From the NCBI GenBank assembly GCA_002269645.1, contig NIVC01001624.1, positions 1 to 64,000 of the forward strand: a stretch of DNA of 64,000 nt, read 5' to 3'. The stretch is from Macrostomum lignano. Taxonomy: Eukaryota. Of the stretch, positions 1-11,503 are shown piece after piece (within the stretch, counting starts at the first letter, position 1; each line of letters opens with the position of its first letter). The notes beneath the pieces are model-generated. The model worked only from the letters and a program-made list of their open reading frames with translations, was not told the DNA's origin and made no database searches. The translations under genes and the position numbers were made by a program.

Positions 1-723
1 TTCATCAATTAAATAAGCTTGACAATCTCTCTTCCTCAGAAGAAGAATATCATCTCTGGGATCGCGGACCAAGCCTCCGTTGCAGATGGCCAATGCTTCT
101 TTAAAGAGCCGAAGCTTTACAAGAGCTTCCGACAGAATTCGATAGAATTTACCGGCTTTGGTCCAGCTGGATTGCATCTTCCGCATCTTCACGGGCCAGG
201 TTAAATTTGGATAGTCTGAGCTCGCACAGAGCTCGGTTTGAGTACAAAATGGCCAAATTTGCATTGATTCTGATGGCTTTTGTGTAGCAGTCCATGGCAT
301 CCGCCCATCGCTTATTTCCATAATGCTTGTTCCCTCGACCTTCAGCTTCTCCCAGTCTTCGCCAGAAACGCCAGCAAACTTCAATATTTCTCTTCTGCAG
401 TCGCTCAGCCCCATCAACTCCGCCAGCTTTAGAAAGCACTCGATATCATGCTCGAACCGGTTTGCATCGAAATCGTGGTGAGAATACTGGTTCCTAACGG
501 CCCTGGCTCTCTCCAAGGATCCACGCAGTTGTCTCTGAACAGCCGGGTCAGGAAAGAGTTTCTGCAGCTCATCTACAATCATTTTTAGCGAGTTGTTGAA
601 ATCCAGAGTGGTATTCAGTCCCAAGGCCGTCTTGAGTATCTGATTCATGCCGTGGGTGAGCAGCGAGACTGCAAACTGGATTTTCGATGTGGCTTCGGCA
701 CTCTCCATTGGAGCTGCAGCCAT
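1..723 (-). CDS. HEPN (Swt1/DZIP3-like, RNxxxH) + TPR protein, 3'-truncated by the window edge; two compensating frame disruptions (possible pseudogene or consensus error)
   Basis: Manual translation from ATG 723: MAAAPMESAEATSKIQFAVSLLTHGMNQILKTALGLNTTLDFNNSLKMIVDELQKLFPDPAVQRQLRGSLERARAVRNQYSHHDFD...EDWEKLKVEG. The RxxxxH motif is at 478-495. A TPR (GNKHYGNKRWADAMDCYTKAI...LYSNRALCELRLSKFNLAREDAEDAIQLD) follows after a 1-nt loss at about 330, then returns at about 152 to KFYRILSEALVKLRLFKEALAICNGGL. The first frame is open to position 1, so it is absent from the ORF track. Confidence 0.75.
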   Translation of the reverse strand, partial: MAAAPMESAEATSKIQFAVSLLTHGMNQILKTALGLNTTLDFNNSLKMIVDELQKLFPDPAVQRQLRGSLERARAVRNQYSHHDFDANRFEHDIECFLKLAELMGLSDCRREILKFAGVSGEDWEKLKVEGTSIMEISDGRMPWTATQKPSESMQIWPFCTQTELCASSDYPNLTWPVKMRKMQSSWTKAGKFYRILSEALVKLRLFKEALAICNGGLVRDPRDDILLLRKRDCQAYLIDE

Positions 724-1046
724 TGTATTGCAGGCGGATTCTGGAATTTGAAACGGAAGGTTGAATTTTTGGAAGAAAAGGCACGTCGAAACATAGTCCT
801 AAGGGAACCGAGTAGATGGTCAAGCAAGCAATGATACTATTGCCCACAAGCTTTTTTCTTCTGTTTCTGCTTGAGTAAATGGGTTTGGAGTGCCAGCGTG
901 GGGTCTCGCAGAGGGGAGACGGTCACTTAAGCAACTGGCAACTGTCCCTGGACTGAACAGCCGTATGCAGCCTTCAGATGTAAGACGCAATAGCTGCGGC
1001 TGAGCTGTCGGTTGCACATCTGGCCCATTGAGGCTAGTGAAATCAA

Positions 1047-1056
1047 TTACTATTAC

Positions 1057-1105
<49 letters not shown>

Positions 1106-1190
1106 TATTATTATTATATACTATTACTATTATTAATATTAATAATATTATTATTATTGTTAATATTCTTTTTATTATTATTAATATTGG
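1047..1190. repeat. (TAT)n microsatellite, attached to a SINE/LINE-like 3' tail
   Basis: Direct reading of tattattat... The preceding 987-1049 matches the SINE tail at 54900-54960. Confidence 0.95.
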
Positions 1191-1639
1191 CGTTACACGC
1201 CTCGAGTATTATCAAAAGCGCTGACTGGGTAACATCCGGAGCCGGGTCTTGACCAGATCCGTCAGACAGACGGATATCAATGGTAATTAAAGCTGTCAAA
1301 ATTAGATTGGGGTGCACTTAAATCGAAATGGAGGGCCGCCAGGAATCTAATGACCTAAATATAGGAATGCTTGCATTAGGCAGGAAATAAGTCAGGACAC
1401 AATCGGAGTTCGAGGCCATCAGCTTGTCTGTAAGTCGGTCTGTATTGTATACGAATAGAGATCAGTATACAGAAGCAAATTTGGGGCAATTTGGGCAGCA
1501 AAGCCATTCAGTCAGTAGCACAAGTAAAAACGGAAGCTTTGATATCGTTAAAAATCGATGTACAATAAAAAATCTGAAAGTGTATAGCTCGTTCAACGTT
1601 AATCATCATTAAGTAGACAAATGTTTGTATCAACATTAA

Positions 1640-2090
1640 GAAAAAGTAAAAAAATTGAAGATCAAATCACCATTAAAATCAGCGTCGACATCCAAAAACG
1701 GAAGTTTCTTCCCTCCAATCTCAACGGTACTAGTAAATTGGATATTTTTATGTGAGTAGAGCTTAAAGAATTTAGAAATTAAAGAAGTGTTGGCAATGAC
1801 TATCAAGAACAGCAAAGGTTTCGTCAGCATTGCACTTGCAACAACAAGGAGCGCAGTCAAGAGCCATTCATTCTTTATTATCTGTATGCGATGTAGGCGA
1901 TGTAGGTGTCTTCAAACACAAAAATGCCTGAGGTAGAAAAGCTAAGGAGTTTCTTGCATGCCGCTTTAAGAAGCGCTTCAGATGCACTATATTTCACCAT
2001 TTTTGTCGGGGCAAGATGCACGAAAATCCCGTGTGAGACATAGTCTAGCCAAGCGAGGGGGTAATTAAGGCTTAGCATTACCGGCCTGAT
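1640..2090 (-). mobile_element. Degenerate Penelope-like retroelement RT fragment
   Basis: HKNIQFTSTVEIGGKKLPFLDV resembles the Penelope RT motif HxxIxFTxExExxxxLPFLDV. Upstream frames are degraded. Confidence 0.55.
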
Positions 2091-2629
2091 CTTGTAGAAT
2101 TTATTGTATTGCTACTGTTATACGTGATTGCGTTAACTGACCCTTACGAGTACATATAAACGTAGTGAACGTTCACAAGATGGTTCCAAAATCATGTCAC
2201 GCTCAGTCTACGCGTAACCCAAGATGGTGATATCCGTGCAAAGCAACGGAGCACTTGCAGTGGCTTGGTTGTGCACAAAGGAAATATACTTAGACTCGAT
2301 CCAAAAGGGTGGGTGAGCATCAAGCCACACTCGTGTGTATAGTAAACTGCTTCCCACGCAATTTTCAGTGACATCATTCAGTGACATTTAGTACCCAAAA
2401 ATTTCTGCGCATTAAAAGCAAAGTAAAAAATATCTTCAAAATGTTGGAAATTTAGAGACAATACAAAAATCACCAATAATTGAATAATCAGCTACAGCTC
2501 ATATTACTGTTATACTGTGGTAATACTTTTTATCAAGACGAACTTTACATACATAGTTGAGAAAAATATTGTTTAAAAAATCCGTGAGCCCTCGAAGAAG
2601 CAAATTGAGTAGCAATCAAGCCTCATTTA

Positions 2630-4125
2630 TTAATCGTTTAAACTTTTGAGGCTTTCAAACTTTTCCTCATCAGCAGCCTCGCCTCTCGCCAAGCCTGCCT
2701 TCTGGTCCCGCACCAGCTGCTCCATCAGTCTTAAGCCTTCTTGCGCATGCTTCTGTAGCTCCAGTTTCAGGCAAATGTGATATACAGTCTCCAACTCCAT
2801 AAACTCTGCGTCCTCAAAATCCTCACGCAGCTCCTTCAGCCACCTCTCCACAAAGAGTGCACCCAGGAGAGGCTGGGTCTCAAACACTAGGCTCCACCAC
2901 AGGCAGCGGAAATTGATGTAAAGGTGAGAGGACTGGCCGGATGATTTCACCGCGATGAGGTGTCTTGTTGAATGCGGCAGGAAGTCAAACTTCAACGCCG
3001 GGTTATTGGGCTCCCAGGCAAAGCAGAATCTCCATGCAAAGTTATGTTTCGGAAATTCCCGAAAAAATTCATCCCAAGAGATGGAGTCCGTGGCATCCCA
3101 GCCACTCTGCACGGGGTGGTGAGTAAAAGTACTCACCAGTTTCTTAGCCTCCGCTTCATTTCCGACCTTCAGTTCAGCCATCACCATCAGGCACAGTTTG
3201 GCTGTATCGCAGCAGTTGTGTGGCAGGAGGCAGACCCGTTTAGCAAATGCGTTCTTGTCAAAACCATCCGCTTGCAGCTCAACAATAGCAGCAAAAACTA
3301 AGTTGTAGATTTGCGCTCCGTAGTGCACGTAAACTATGGTATCCACTTTCTGCTTCTCCACTTCAGCCAAGGAGAGACACGGCGTCAGCGGCAAAAGGGT
3401 GAATGGGTGGCAGTAGAATTTGCGGGACTGCAAAGGGCGCACGTGCGCGCTGATGGATTGATAGAGTTGATTCGCATCCTTCCTCAACTCGAACAGCTTC
3501 TCCGCTATCCTGCGTTTGGTCCCGAGATAATTTCCACCGATTCCAGCGTTCTTCACAAAAAGAGGGGCTTTCGGCATGAAGAAGTGAGGCATACAAATGT
3601 CAGGGTCCGGGCTGTCTGTCATGAACTGCAGCATCAGATTCAAGGACTCCTTTAACAGTGAGATCAGATTCTCAGGCTGCCAGACATGCTCGGTGAGTCT
3701 GTGCCTCTCCATGATGAAAAAAAGCAAAGTCTTTGCATTGTACGTCTTGAGGCCCTGCGTTCGCCATAGACGTGGCAGCAGCCTCTTGCAGACAAACTTG
3801 AGGAGAATGAAGAGCTGTCCTTGGATGGTATTCAGTTGCCGAATAATCTTCTTTTCGTGAAAACTGAAGCTGACTCTTAGATCGCTGTTTGAGTTGGGCC
3901 TGGTAGCCCTTACCAGGTGGACCTTCTCGTGGTCGCTGAGCAGTACTGAGCAGCGGTCTGCGCAGAACTCGCTGCAGCACTGAAAGGCATAGCAAGTGTC
4001 CATGGCAGGCCGCATGCCGCACGCATCGGCCGCAATGGCAGGCGAGCTGCCTGAAATGAGCGGTTGGACGAGTGGTTGGACGATGCATAAAGCTAGGACC
4101 TGCGCTGGAAGACGTATTCCCCTTG
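2630..4125 (-). CDS. Last exon of ANK-cGLR gene: Mab-21/cGAS-like C-terminal domain plus helical tail
   Basis: The ORF contains MDTCYAFQC (third acidic residue motif), LRVSFSFHEKKII, LLKFVCK, LKTYNAKTLLF, WQPENL and CMPHFFMPKAPLF, all Mab-21 hallmarks. Acceptor tttttag|CA at 4125 (alternative ttccag at 4104) is phase 1 and matches the upstream donor. Confidence 0.85.
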
Positions 4126-4834
4126 CTAAAAAATTTCCAACTGGGCATGCATGAGTCGTACTAAAACGTGATGAATTGGGCTTAAAAATAAACCTCGTAC
4201 ATTATTCTGAACCAGATTAAAAACAGGTCCTCCCTGCACTCTCCTTGCCACCTGTCGGTGTTGCCTGAAGCAGGAGTTTTCCCAACCTTGACGCTCGTGG
4301 CTTGAATGTGCTGAGTAGTATGTTTTTACTTCCATTTTCATAGCGGCCACCACCTCAACTGTTTTGTTTTTGGTCCCTGTTTGATCAGTGCGCCTGCCTA
4401 TGCTCACGGGTCTTTTCTACAAACTTCCTATCCTATATCTGGAAGTGCGGTAGAGATGAATTTACTCGCATACTTACTGCTTTGCAAGAGACAATGATAG
4501 CTAGGTACAATATAGAGCAGTCTTGATTGTTATGAGACAGTTTAAATTAGGACTGTACTATTCAGTCGATTGGAATTAGTTAATATACGAGGGTAGATAT
4601 CAGAACACGCACCAAAGTCAAACCTGTTTATTGAGATAAAATCATGTAAAAACACTTTATACCAGGGTAGAGGAAGAACCCTTCAATAAATAATACGGAT
4701 GTGCCATTATAGTCTAATGAGAAAAGAGATCTCAGGACTTTCGTCTTCTGTCGCAAAGTTGAAACAGTAAGATCACATGGATTTACCATCCAGCCCATCA
4801 CATATTAGGCAAATACAGTTCCTCAGAATCTCAC

Positions 4835-5231
4835 CAGCAGCAACCTCCAAGACCACGTGCCCCTCGTCGACCGAAAGCCGGTCTATACTTGCTCCGCTGC
4901 AAGCGCAACCTCCCTGCAGGTGCAGTGTCACGCCTGGAACGATGACAGTCCAGTCTATGTCGGAGTCAGCAGCGGTTCTGCCGTTTAGCTTTACCAAGTT
5001 GTTGCCCATCCGTCAGCGAAGCTGCCAGTCATCACAATTTCACTCTTTGTGAGCAGCTTCGCCAACGATTGAAGGAAATCAGCCATTCGCGTTTGAAATA
5101 CAACTCGTTGCTGGGTAAATCCTGCAGAGTTGAGCAGCTTATGCAGCGCAATGCTCAGTGTTTGATCTTCGTTCGGGTCATCTCTGAAAGTTTTTAGCGA
5201 TAATTTTTGCAGACTTAGCACGCTGCTCATG
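4835..5231 (-). CDS. Middle exon of ANK-cGLR gene: nucleotidyltransferase catalytic motif; 1-nt frameshift at about 5005
   Basis: EIVMTGSFADGW(G)NNLVKLNGRTAADSDIDWTV gives GS...DxD. The two halves are in different frames because TGG GGC reads TGGGC. Acceptor tctttag|C at 5231; donor GCT G|GTGAGA at 4835. Confidence 0.8.
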
Positions 5232-5809
5232 CTAAAGATTTAAGCACTGAATTAATTATGCTTAAAATTTACCCCGAATTTATATTTTTGCAGTGCACCT
5301 AAGCAGAGGGTAGTTGTCTTCTATTTTGGGTAGCGGTTCGATTAGCTTAGAGCCTTAGTTTAAGCGAATTAGATGCGTTCATTATTCTGCTACATTCATT
5401 GGCTTGTCAATGCCAATGTACGTTGGGCGGAGTAATATGGGCTTGAAACTATGGGGGTGGCTTGGCTGCATTTTTAACAGCTCTTCAGTAACTGCAATAG
5501 ATTTTACGCAGCCAATGCAATATTCATTTGCTGCAATATGCGAAATTAATGTAATACAATGAACGAAATTCTGTTAGCACTGTCTCAGCTTACCTTATTT
5601 GCTGCAAGTCGAATTTTATTTCAGGAATTGTTTCCGTTGGACACCTGAAAAGTACGTTAAAGTGCAAAAATTAAAATATTAAACAATTAGTCAGGCAGAA
5701 GCTGTGCCACATAAACGAATACTGAGAGGATTTCTTAACAAACCAATCGTAGTGAAGACCACAGAAACTGAAACACCCGAGGGCAGACATGCTTTCGCTT
5801 TAGACTCAC

Positions 5810-8389
5810 CCGTTTAGTTTCCATAGCAAAAAGGCATGAAAATCCGCGTGGCCGCCTTCAGAAGCCAGTTGAACGTCCCTGGGCTTCAATTCCGCCCCTG
5901 CGTCCATCAGGTACTTTGCTACTCGGACATGTCCGGCACGACAGGCCATTGAAAGAGCTGTGAATCCTTCGTTGTCTTGCGCGTTCACAGCGGCTGGATC
6001 AGCCAGTATGGCAAGGACGGCATGAACAATCTGGTCATGGCCGTGGCGGGCAGCAAGCATCAGAGCGGTGATTCCTTGAGCATCGCTGGAGTCAATGCGA
6101 GCCATGTATGGCAGCAGGGAAACGGCAAGGGACACGTGACCAGCTTCAATGCTTTTTAGCAGAGCAGCGTGGCGACCCTTCTCAGGATGCAGTTTGGCCA
6201 AAAGAGCCAGGTTCTCCGCTAGGCGCTTCACTGCATCTCCATTTAGCAGTCGCAGAAGTGCGGGGTCTGACATGCTCACTGGCGGCTTGCAACCCTGCAG
6301 CGTCGGGTCCTGGACATCGCTCAGCCCTCTCAGTATAACAGTCAGCGCTTCAGATCGAGCGTTTTCAATTGAGGTGCGAACGCCAATTTGCACGTACTGG
6401 TGTCGCAATTCAGGCGGAACAGTTTGCAGCAAGTCACTAAAAAAGTGCATTCGCCCATCCAGAATGGCATTAGCAACGGCTTCCTTGAGGCACTCAAGTT
6501 TTGCCCTTGAGTCATCCAGTGCAGCTAAGAGTGTAACAATGGTCGGCACATGGCTGGACAAGGCAGCCCGCGATACTGCAGCGCTGCAGCACTCAGCTCT
6601 GACAACGGGATCCGTGATCTCCTGTAGCAACTTTGTCACCAGCTCTGATCGACCATCAGCAGAGGCACAGATAGTGGCATCCTTGTAGGATTGTATTTTG
6701 GAATCAGGATTGGCGATGGCTGCAAGCAGCTGAGACAAAGACGATTCATGGCCTTTCCTTGCGGCGACACCTACAGCTTTAATGCAACAGCGATCTTTCA
6801 CTTGCTGATCAGTAATTGTGTGAAGCAACAGCGCCAAAGCTTCCTTTTGATCAGACATCGCAGCTCCCGTGATCCCCTTTCGGTAGCATTTATTCTTCAT
6901 CTCTGGATCGCTGACGGAATTGAGAAGCTCAGACAGAATCTCCACGTGACCTTCATTGGCAGCGACTAAAGTGGCTTCCTTGCAGCATCGATCTCTGAGA
7001 TTGGGATGGCTCGCTGTTTGCAGTAGGCGGGTTAGCAGTTCCCTCCAACCGTTTCTTGTGGCCGTCAACACGATATAATTATAGAGCCTTTCCTTACGTT
7101 TCGAGTCGGAAACAAGTTCAAGCGCGTCCGCAATTGTGTCCCTCCAGCTTTGCTTGCATCCATCCGCAATCACGATTTCGCAGCACTGGTCTTTGCACTC
7201 TGCATCCCTTACCGTTTTTGCCAGCTCATATGCCGTAGCAGGGTGTCCGCTGGACACAGATAGCCGAACCAAAGAGACGCATAGCACATGGACACAGATA
7301 GCCGAACCAAAGAGACGCATAGCACATGGACACAGATAGCCGAACCAAAGAGACGCATAGCACATGGACACAGATAGCCGAACCAAAGAGACGCATAGCA
7401 CATGGACACAGATAGCCGAACCAAAGAGACGCATAGCACATGGACACAGATAGCCGAACCAAAGAGACGCATAGCACATGGACACAGATAGCCGAACCAA
7501 AGAGACGCATAGCACATGGACACAGATAGCCGAACCAAAGAGACGCATAGCACATAGACACAGATAGCCGAACCAAAGAGACGCATAGCTTGTCTCTGGT
7601 TGTCGAGTCAGACACAGGAAGAAATCCAGCTAGCATCTCATGGCGTCCTGTTTTCGCTGCTTCCCAAAGGGCAGTTTTTTGCAATGAATCCTTGATGGCA
7701 CCATCTGAAACAGCTGCAATTAGTTCATCCGCAATTACCTTATGCCCGTTCTTTACTGCCTGACCGACTATTTCTTTAAAGCGCTGGTCTTGGACCGCGT
7801 TATGCCCAAAGCTTTGAAGAAGTTCAGAAACAATTTCGTTGTGGCCAAAAGTTGCAGCAGTTCGGATTCCTTCCCAGAATACCTCATTCCGCCTAGTCGC
7901 ATCCGCAGCAGCCTGAATCAATTCGGAGACGAGCTTCTTATGGCCCCGTGATGCGGCTCCATATGTGGCCAATCGGAGGCACTCGTTCTCAACTGGCGAG
8001 CCGCGAACAGCTTTGAGGATCTCCATAACAGCGGATTCTCTTCCGTTTCTCGCGAAGCACTCAACAGCGGATTGCCGGCACTGGTCCAAGACATCAGCAT
8101 CAGTTACTGCAGGTAGGCTTTCCTTTACAATCTCTTCGCGGTCATACACATTGGCAGTCTGAATCGCAGTTCTGCAGTAGCGATCTCTGAACTCGGAATC
8201 AGGTGCATATTTTAAAAGCTCGGAGACCATCTCCGCGTGCCCGGCTTTTGTGGAGATCTTGATAACTTTCTCCAGAGTCTGCTCCTGACCTGCCGAATTA
8301 GCGAGAACGGCCAAAAACTTTTTGACAGAATCAAAATTGCCATTCCGGGCTGCAGCTTCCAGTTGATCGGCCGGTTTCTCAGAACTCAT
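5810..8389 (-). CDS. Ankyrin-repeat exon (many degenerate ~34-aa repeats plus canonical ANKs) of ANK-cGLR gene, interrupted by a 38-bp VNTR
   Basis: ORFs 7226-8389 and 5806-7548 join into one frame if 8 extra 38-bp units are removed (DKLCVSLVRLSVSSGHPATAYEL). Canonical ANKs are GITALMLAARHGHDQIV and GFTALSMACRAGHVRVAKYLMDAGA. Ends AAC GG|GTGAGT, a phase-2 donor at 5810. Confidence 0.85.
7252..7589. repeat. 38-bp tandem repeat, 9 copies, inside the ankyrin coding exon
   Basis: Unit ggacacagatagccgaaccaaagagacgcatagcacat starts at 7252, 7290, 7328 and so on to 7556. Confidence 0.95.
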
Positions 8390-10574
8390 TGCTGCATAAC
8401 TCGCTGCTTTGATCTTTACAGCGCTGCTAATGCAAAAATTGAAAATGTATGTTTTGTCATTGTTATAGCCAAATTTTAAATGTTACAGGATTAAAAGTGA
8501 TTTTAAATTTTTTATAACTCTACAAAATAGTAAATTTTCAAAACCGTGCTCTTCTCCTTTGCCACGCTTGGTTGGTCCAATCTAAATAAAATCTCATGGT
8601 AAATCATGTTAGATATTTGAATCCTAAATTCTCTGATTACAAGAAATAGCAACTACTAATGAATATATGGTTTTAATTGAGAGATAGAAATAATTACATG
8701 CATCTAGGCCATGAAAGTTGACCAAATACAGTTTATCATTAAGAAAAAATTGTGGCACCAACCATTGCTAATAATAAATTGTAAAATAAAAAAATAGTTT
8801 CTAGAACTATGGCTCAGTGAGCAACAAGCAATAGAGACATATATATGGCTATTTAAATTATCTAACATGCAAAGCTACTTGTAAATTTTATTTCTGTTAT
8901 TTTTTATTTAAAACTGTGCTGACTTATAACTGCCCATGCCTTTTATGTGCTATTGTTTCCAAAGTTTCCCAAATAATATTTTTTATGATTTAATAAACTA
9001 TTAAACTATTAACTACTGATATTTTGACGTTACTATTTTATCAATTCAGTCCAGTTTCCAATGTTTTAACTGAGATAACATTATTTTTTGTGACAAAAAG
9101 TTTATTTACTTAAATCATTTAAAATAATTAAAATAATTAAAATTGAAATTGAAAATTCAAAAAATTTACACGGTTGCTACCAGTGTCCTACCACTCATAT
9201 TGTCTGAAAACATCCTTTCGTTGACAACAAACTTAATTAGTTTAAAAGCATAGTAAATTCATTTTTTCCTGTAAGTATAGTTGAAGGCCAGGAAAGGAAT
9301 TTTATTTCGTCTCAGTTTGTTATAATGAAATGCACCACCCCGCGACGTCCATGAGATCGCAACAATTAGAATTTTCTCATGAAGTTTTATAACTTAGCTT
9401 TGGTATTGTGATCGGATTCAATCTGAATTTGAATTCGATTAGTCCACTTCCTTTGCTTACTTACGTGGGTCCTTACGCTACCTGCATACACTTTATAATA
9501 GAGTCCTGGTGATGGATTACAGTAGTAGTACTTTAGTGTGACAGTGTGATTCGTAGAAGCGTGTATCGTATTTCTTTAGTTTCATATGCATACTGTACTA
9601 CTACTGAGTCTACTGTATTCTTTCATTTATTTTAACAATATTCGTACGTATTATTATCGCACTATAGTCTATAATTTTTACTGTTAATTGCTTTGTTTTT
9701 GTAGTCTCGTATGTATTTATTCTATTATTTGTATTTCATTCATATCGTTATTATTTCTCGTAAAAGTAGTTCTACCTATGTACATGTACTGACGTATGTT
9801 ATTCTTGCATGATATATTTTATCGATTAATTTGTACAGGTACATTAATTTGCGCGCCGCGTGGGGGTTGTTTGTCTGGGTTTTGGATTAAGGGTGTTGTT
9901 GTTATCTGTTTACCTTTAAATATATGCTTACACTACAGTCAGCAGCCGCTCTCGCCCTTCCCCTTGCTTCGCTTCTCGACCTAGGCTCGCTAACCCTTAG
10001 CTGTGACGCTGTCTGGCCTCCTTGCACCAACTCTTCCGCCGTCTACCTTGGCCCACCATTAATTAGCTAATCAACTGATCCAGCAATTTTAAGCAAAAGT
10101 CTAAGGGTTGAAGCGGCTTGCCGATCTGCTAACTAATCGTGAACTATCTAAATTAACCGCTACACAAATCCGTTTTATTCGCCTTATTCGTCACATTAGT
10201 ATGCATCATCACGAATGGGTGAATCGTCTCAAGTTAGGCTAAATTATAGCTACAATATCAGCCCGATCATCCATTTAAACCCTATGAAAGCACTCAGAAA
10301 TAACATGTTACGTCAGAATTCACATTTCAATGAGAGCATAAAGTCAATGACGTGAAAATTTGCTTTATTAAATAAGGTACATGTACATTTACGCGTGAAT
10401 TCAAAATAGTTAATGGTTAGTTAGTGAATAAAAAACAATTTTTTAAAGTCTGCATAAATAGATTGCGTTAGAATGCAGCGAATTGCAGAAATCCGTGATA
10501 TACAGGTACAGTAGAAGGCATGAGGGGGCTTTTGTTAGGCTAAAGGGGGCTTTTGGGACAAAATTTTTCACGTC

Positions 10575-11050
10575 CTCCATAATCCCATTAAATCCATCCA
10601 TATTATCCCCGACAGAATCAGAAAAAAAGGGGGTCGCACTTGCTCCAAAAACTTTGAACGTAATCCCAGTAAATCCATCCATATTATCCCTGACAGAATC
10701 AGAAAAAAGGGGTCGCACTTGCTCACAAAACATCCTCCATAATCCCATTAAATCCATCCATATTATCCCCGACAGAATCAGAAAAAAAGGGGGGTCGCAC
10801 TTGCTCACAAAACATCCTCCATAATCCCATTAAATCCATCCATATTATCCCCGACAGAATCAGAAAAAAAGGGGGGTCGCACTCGCTCACAAAACGTCCT
10901 CCATAATCCCATTAAATCCATCCATATTATCCCCGACAGAATCAGAAAAAAAGGGGGGTCGCACTCGCTCACAAAACGTCCTCCATAATCCCAGTAAATC
11001 CATCCATATTATCCCTGACAGAATCAGAGCATTACCCCTGACAGAATCAG
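10575..11050. repeat. ~80-bp minisatellite, about 6 copies
   Basis: Recurring cataatcccattaaatccatccatattatccccgacagaatcagaaaaaaaggggtcgcac with variable A/G runs. Confidence 0.9.
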
Positions 11051-11503
11051 AGCATAACAGGTGTCCACTAACACCTGTTATGCTCACTGACACAGACATA
11101 ATCCACCAACATCCACCCATAGCATCTTCGAAACAATCAGAAAATAATCTGCATTCTTCTCCCCACATTCAATCCGAAGCGTTGAAACCAGATCCCTAAA
11201 ACTTTAAATCCCCTAACCCAGGGTCCTTACCCTTTGAAAAAAAATTAAATTTTCTCTAAAAATGTTTCCAGTTGTCTCTCCAGGTTCCTGGAGGCTGAGC
11301 ACCAGGTAGGTATCCATCCAGCTAGGTACTAATGCGGTAGTTTGCAAATAACAATAAAAAGATAACCATTCTAAAAAGCAATCAACTGGCTCAAAGCAGG
11401 GGGTCAGTGAGACAGACTGGAACACAAAAGAATTTGCCATATACTGCTACATGCAGTTCTCAACTGTCAGTTCAGTCAGTTGCCATGGCAACCGTATGGC
11501 ACA

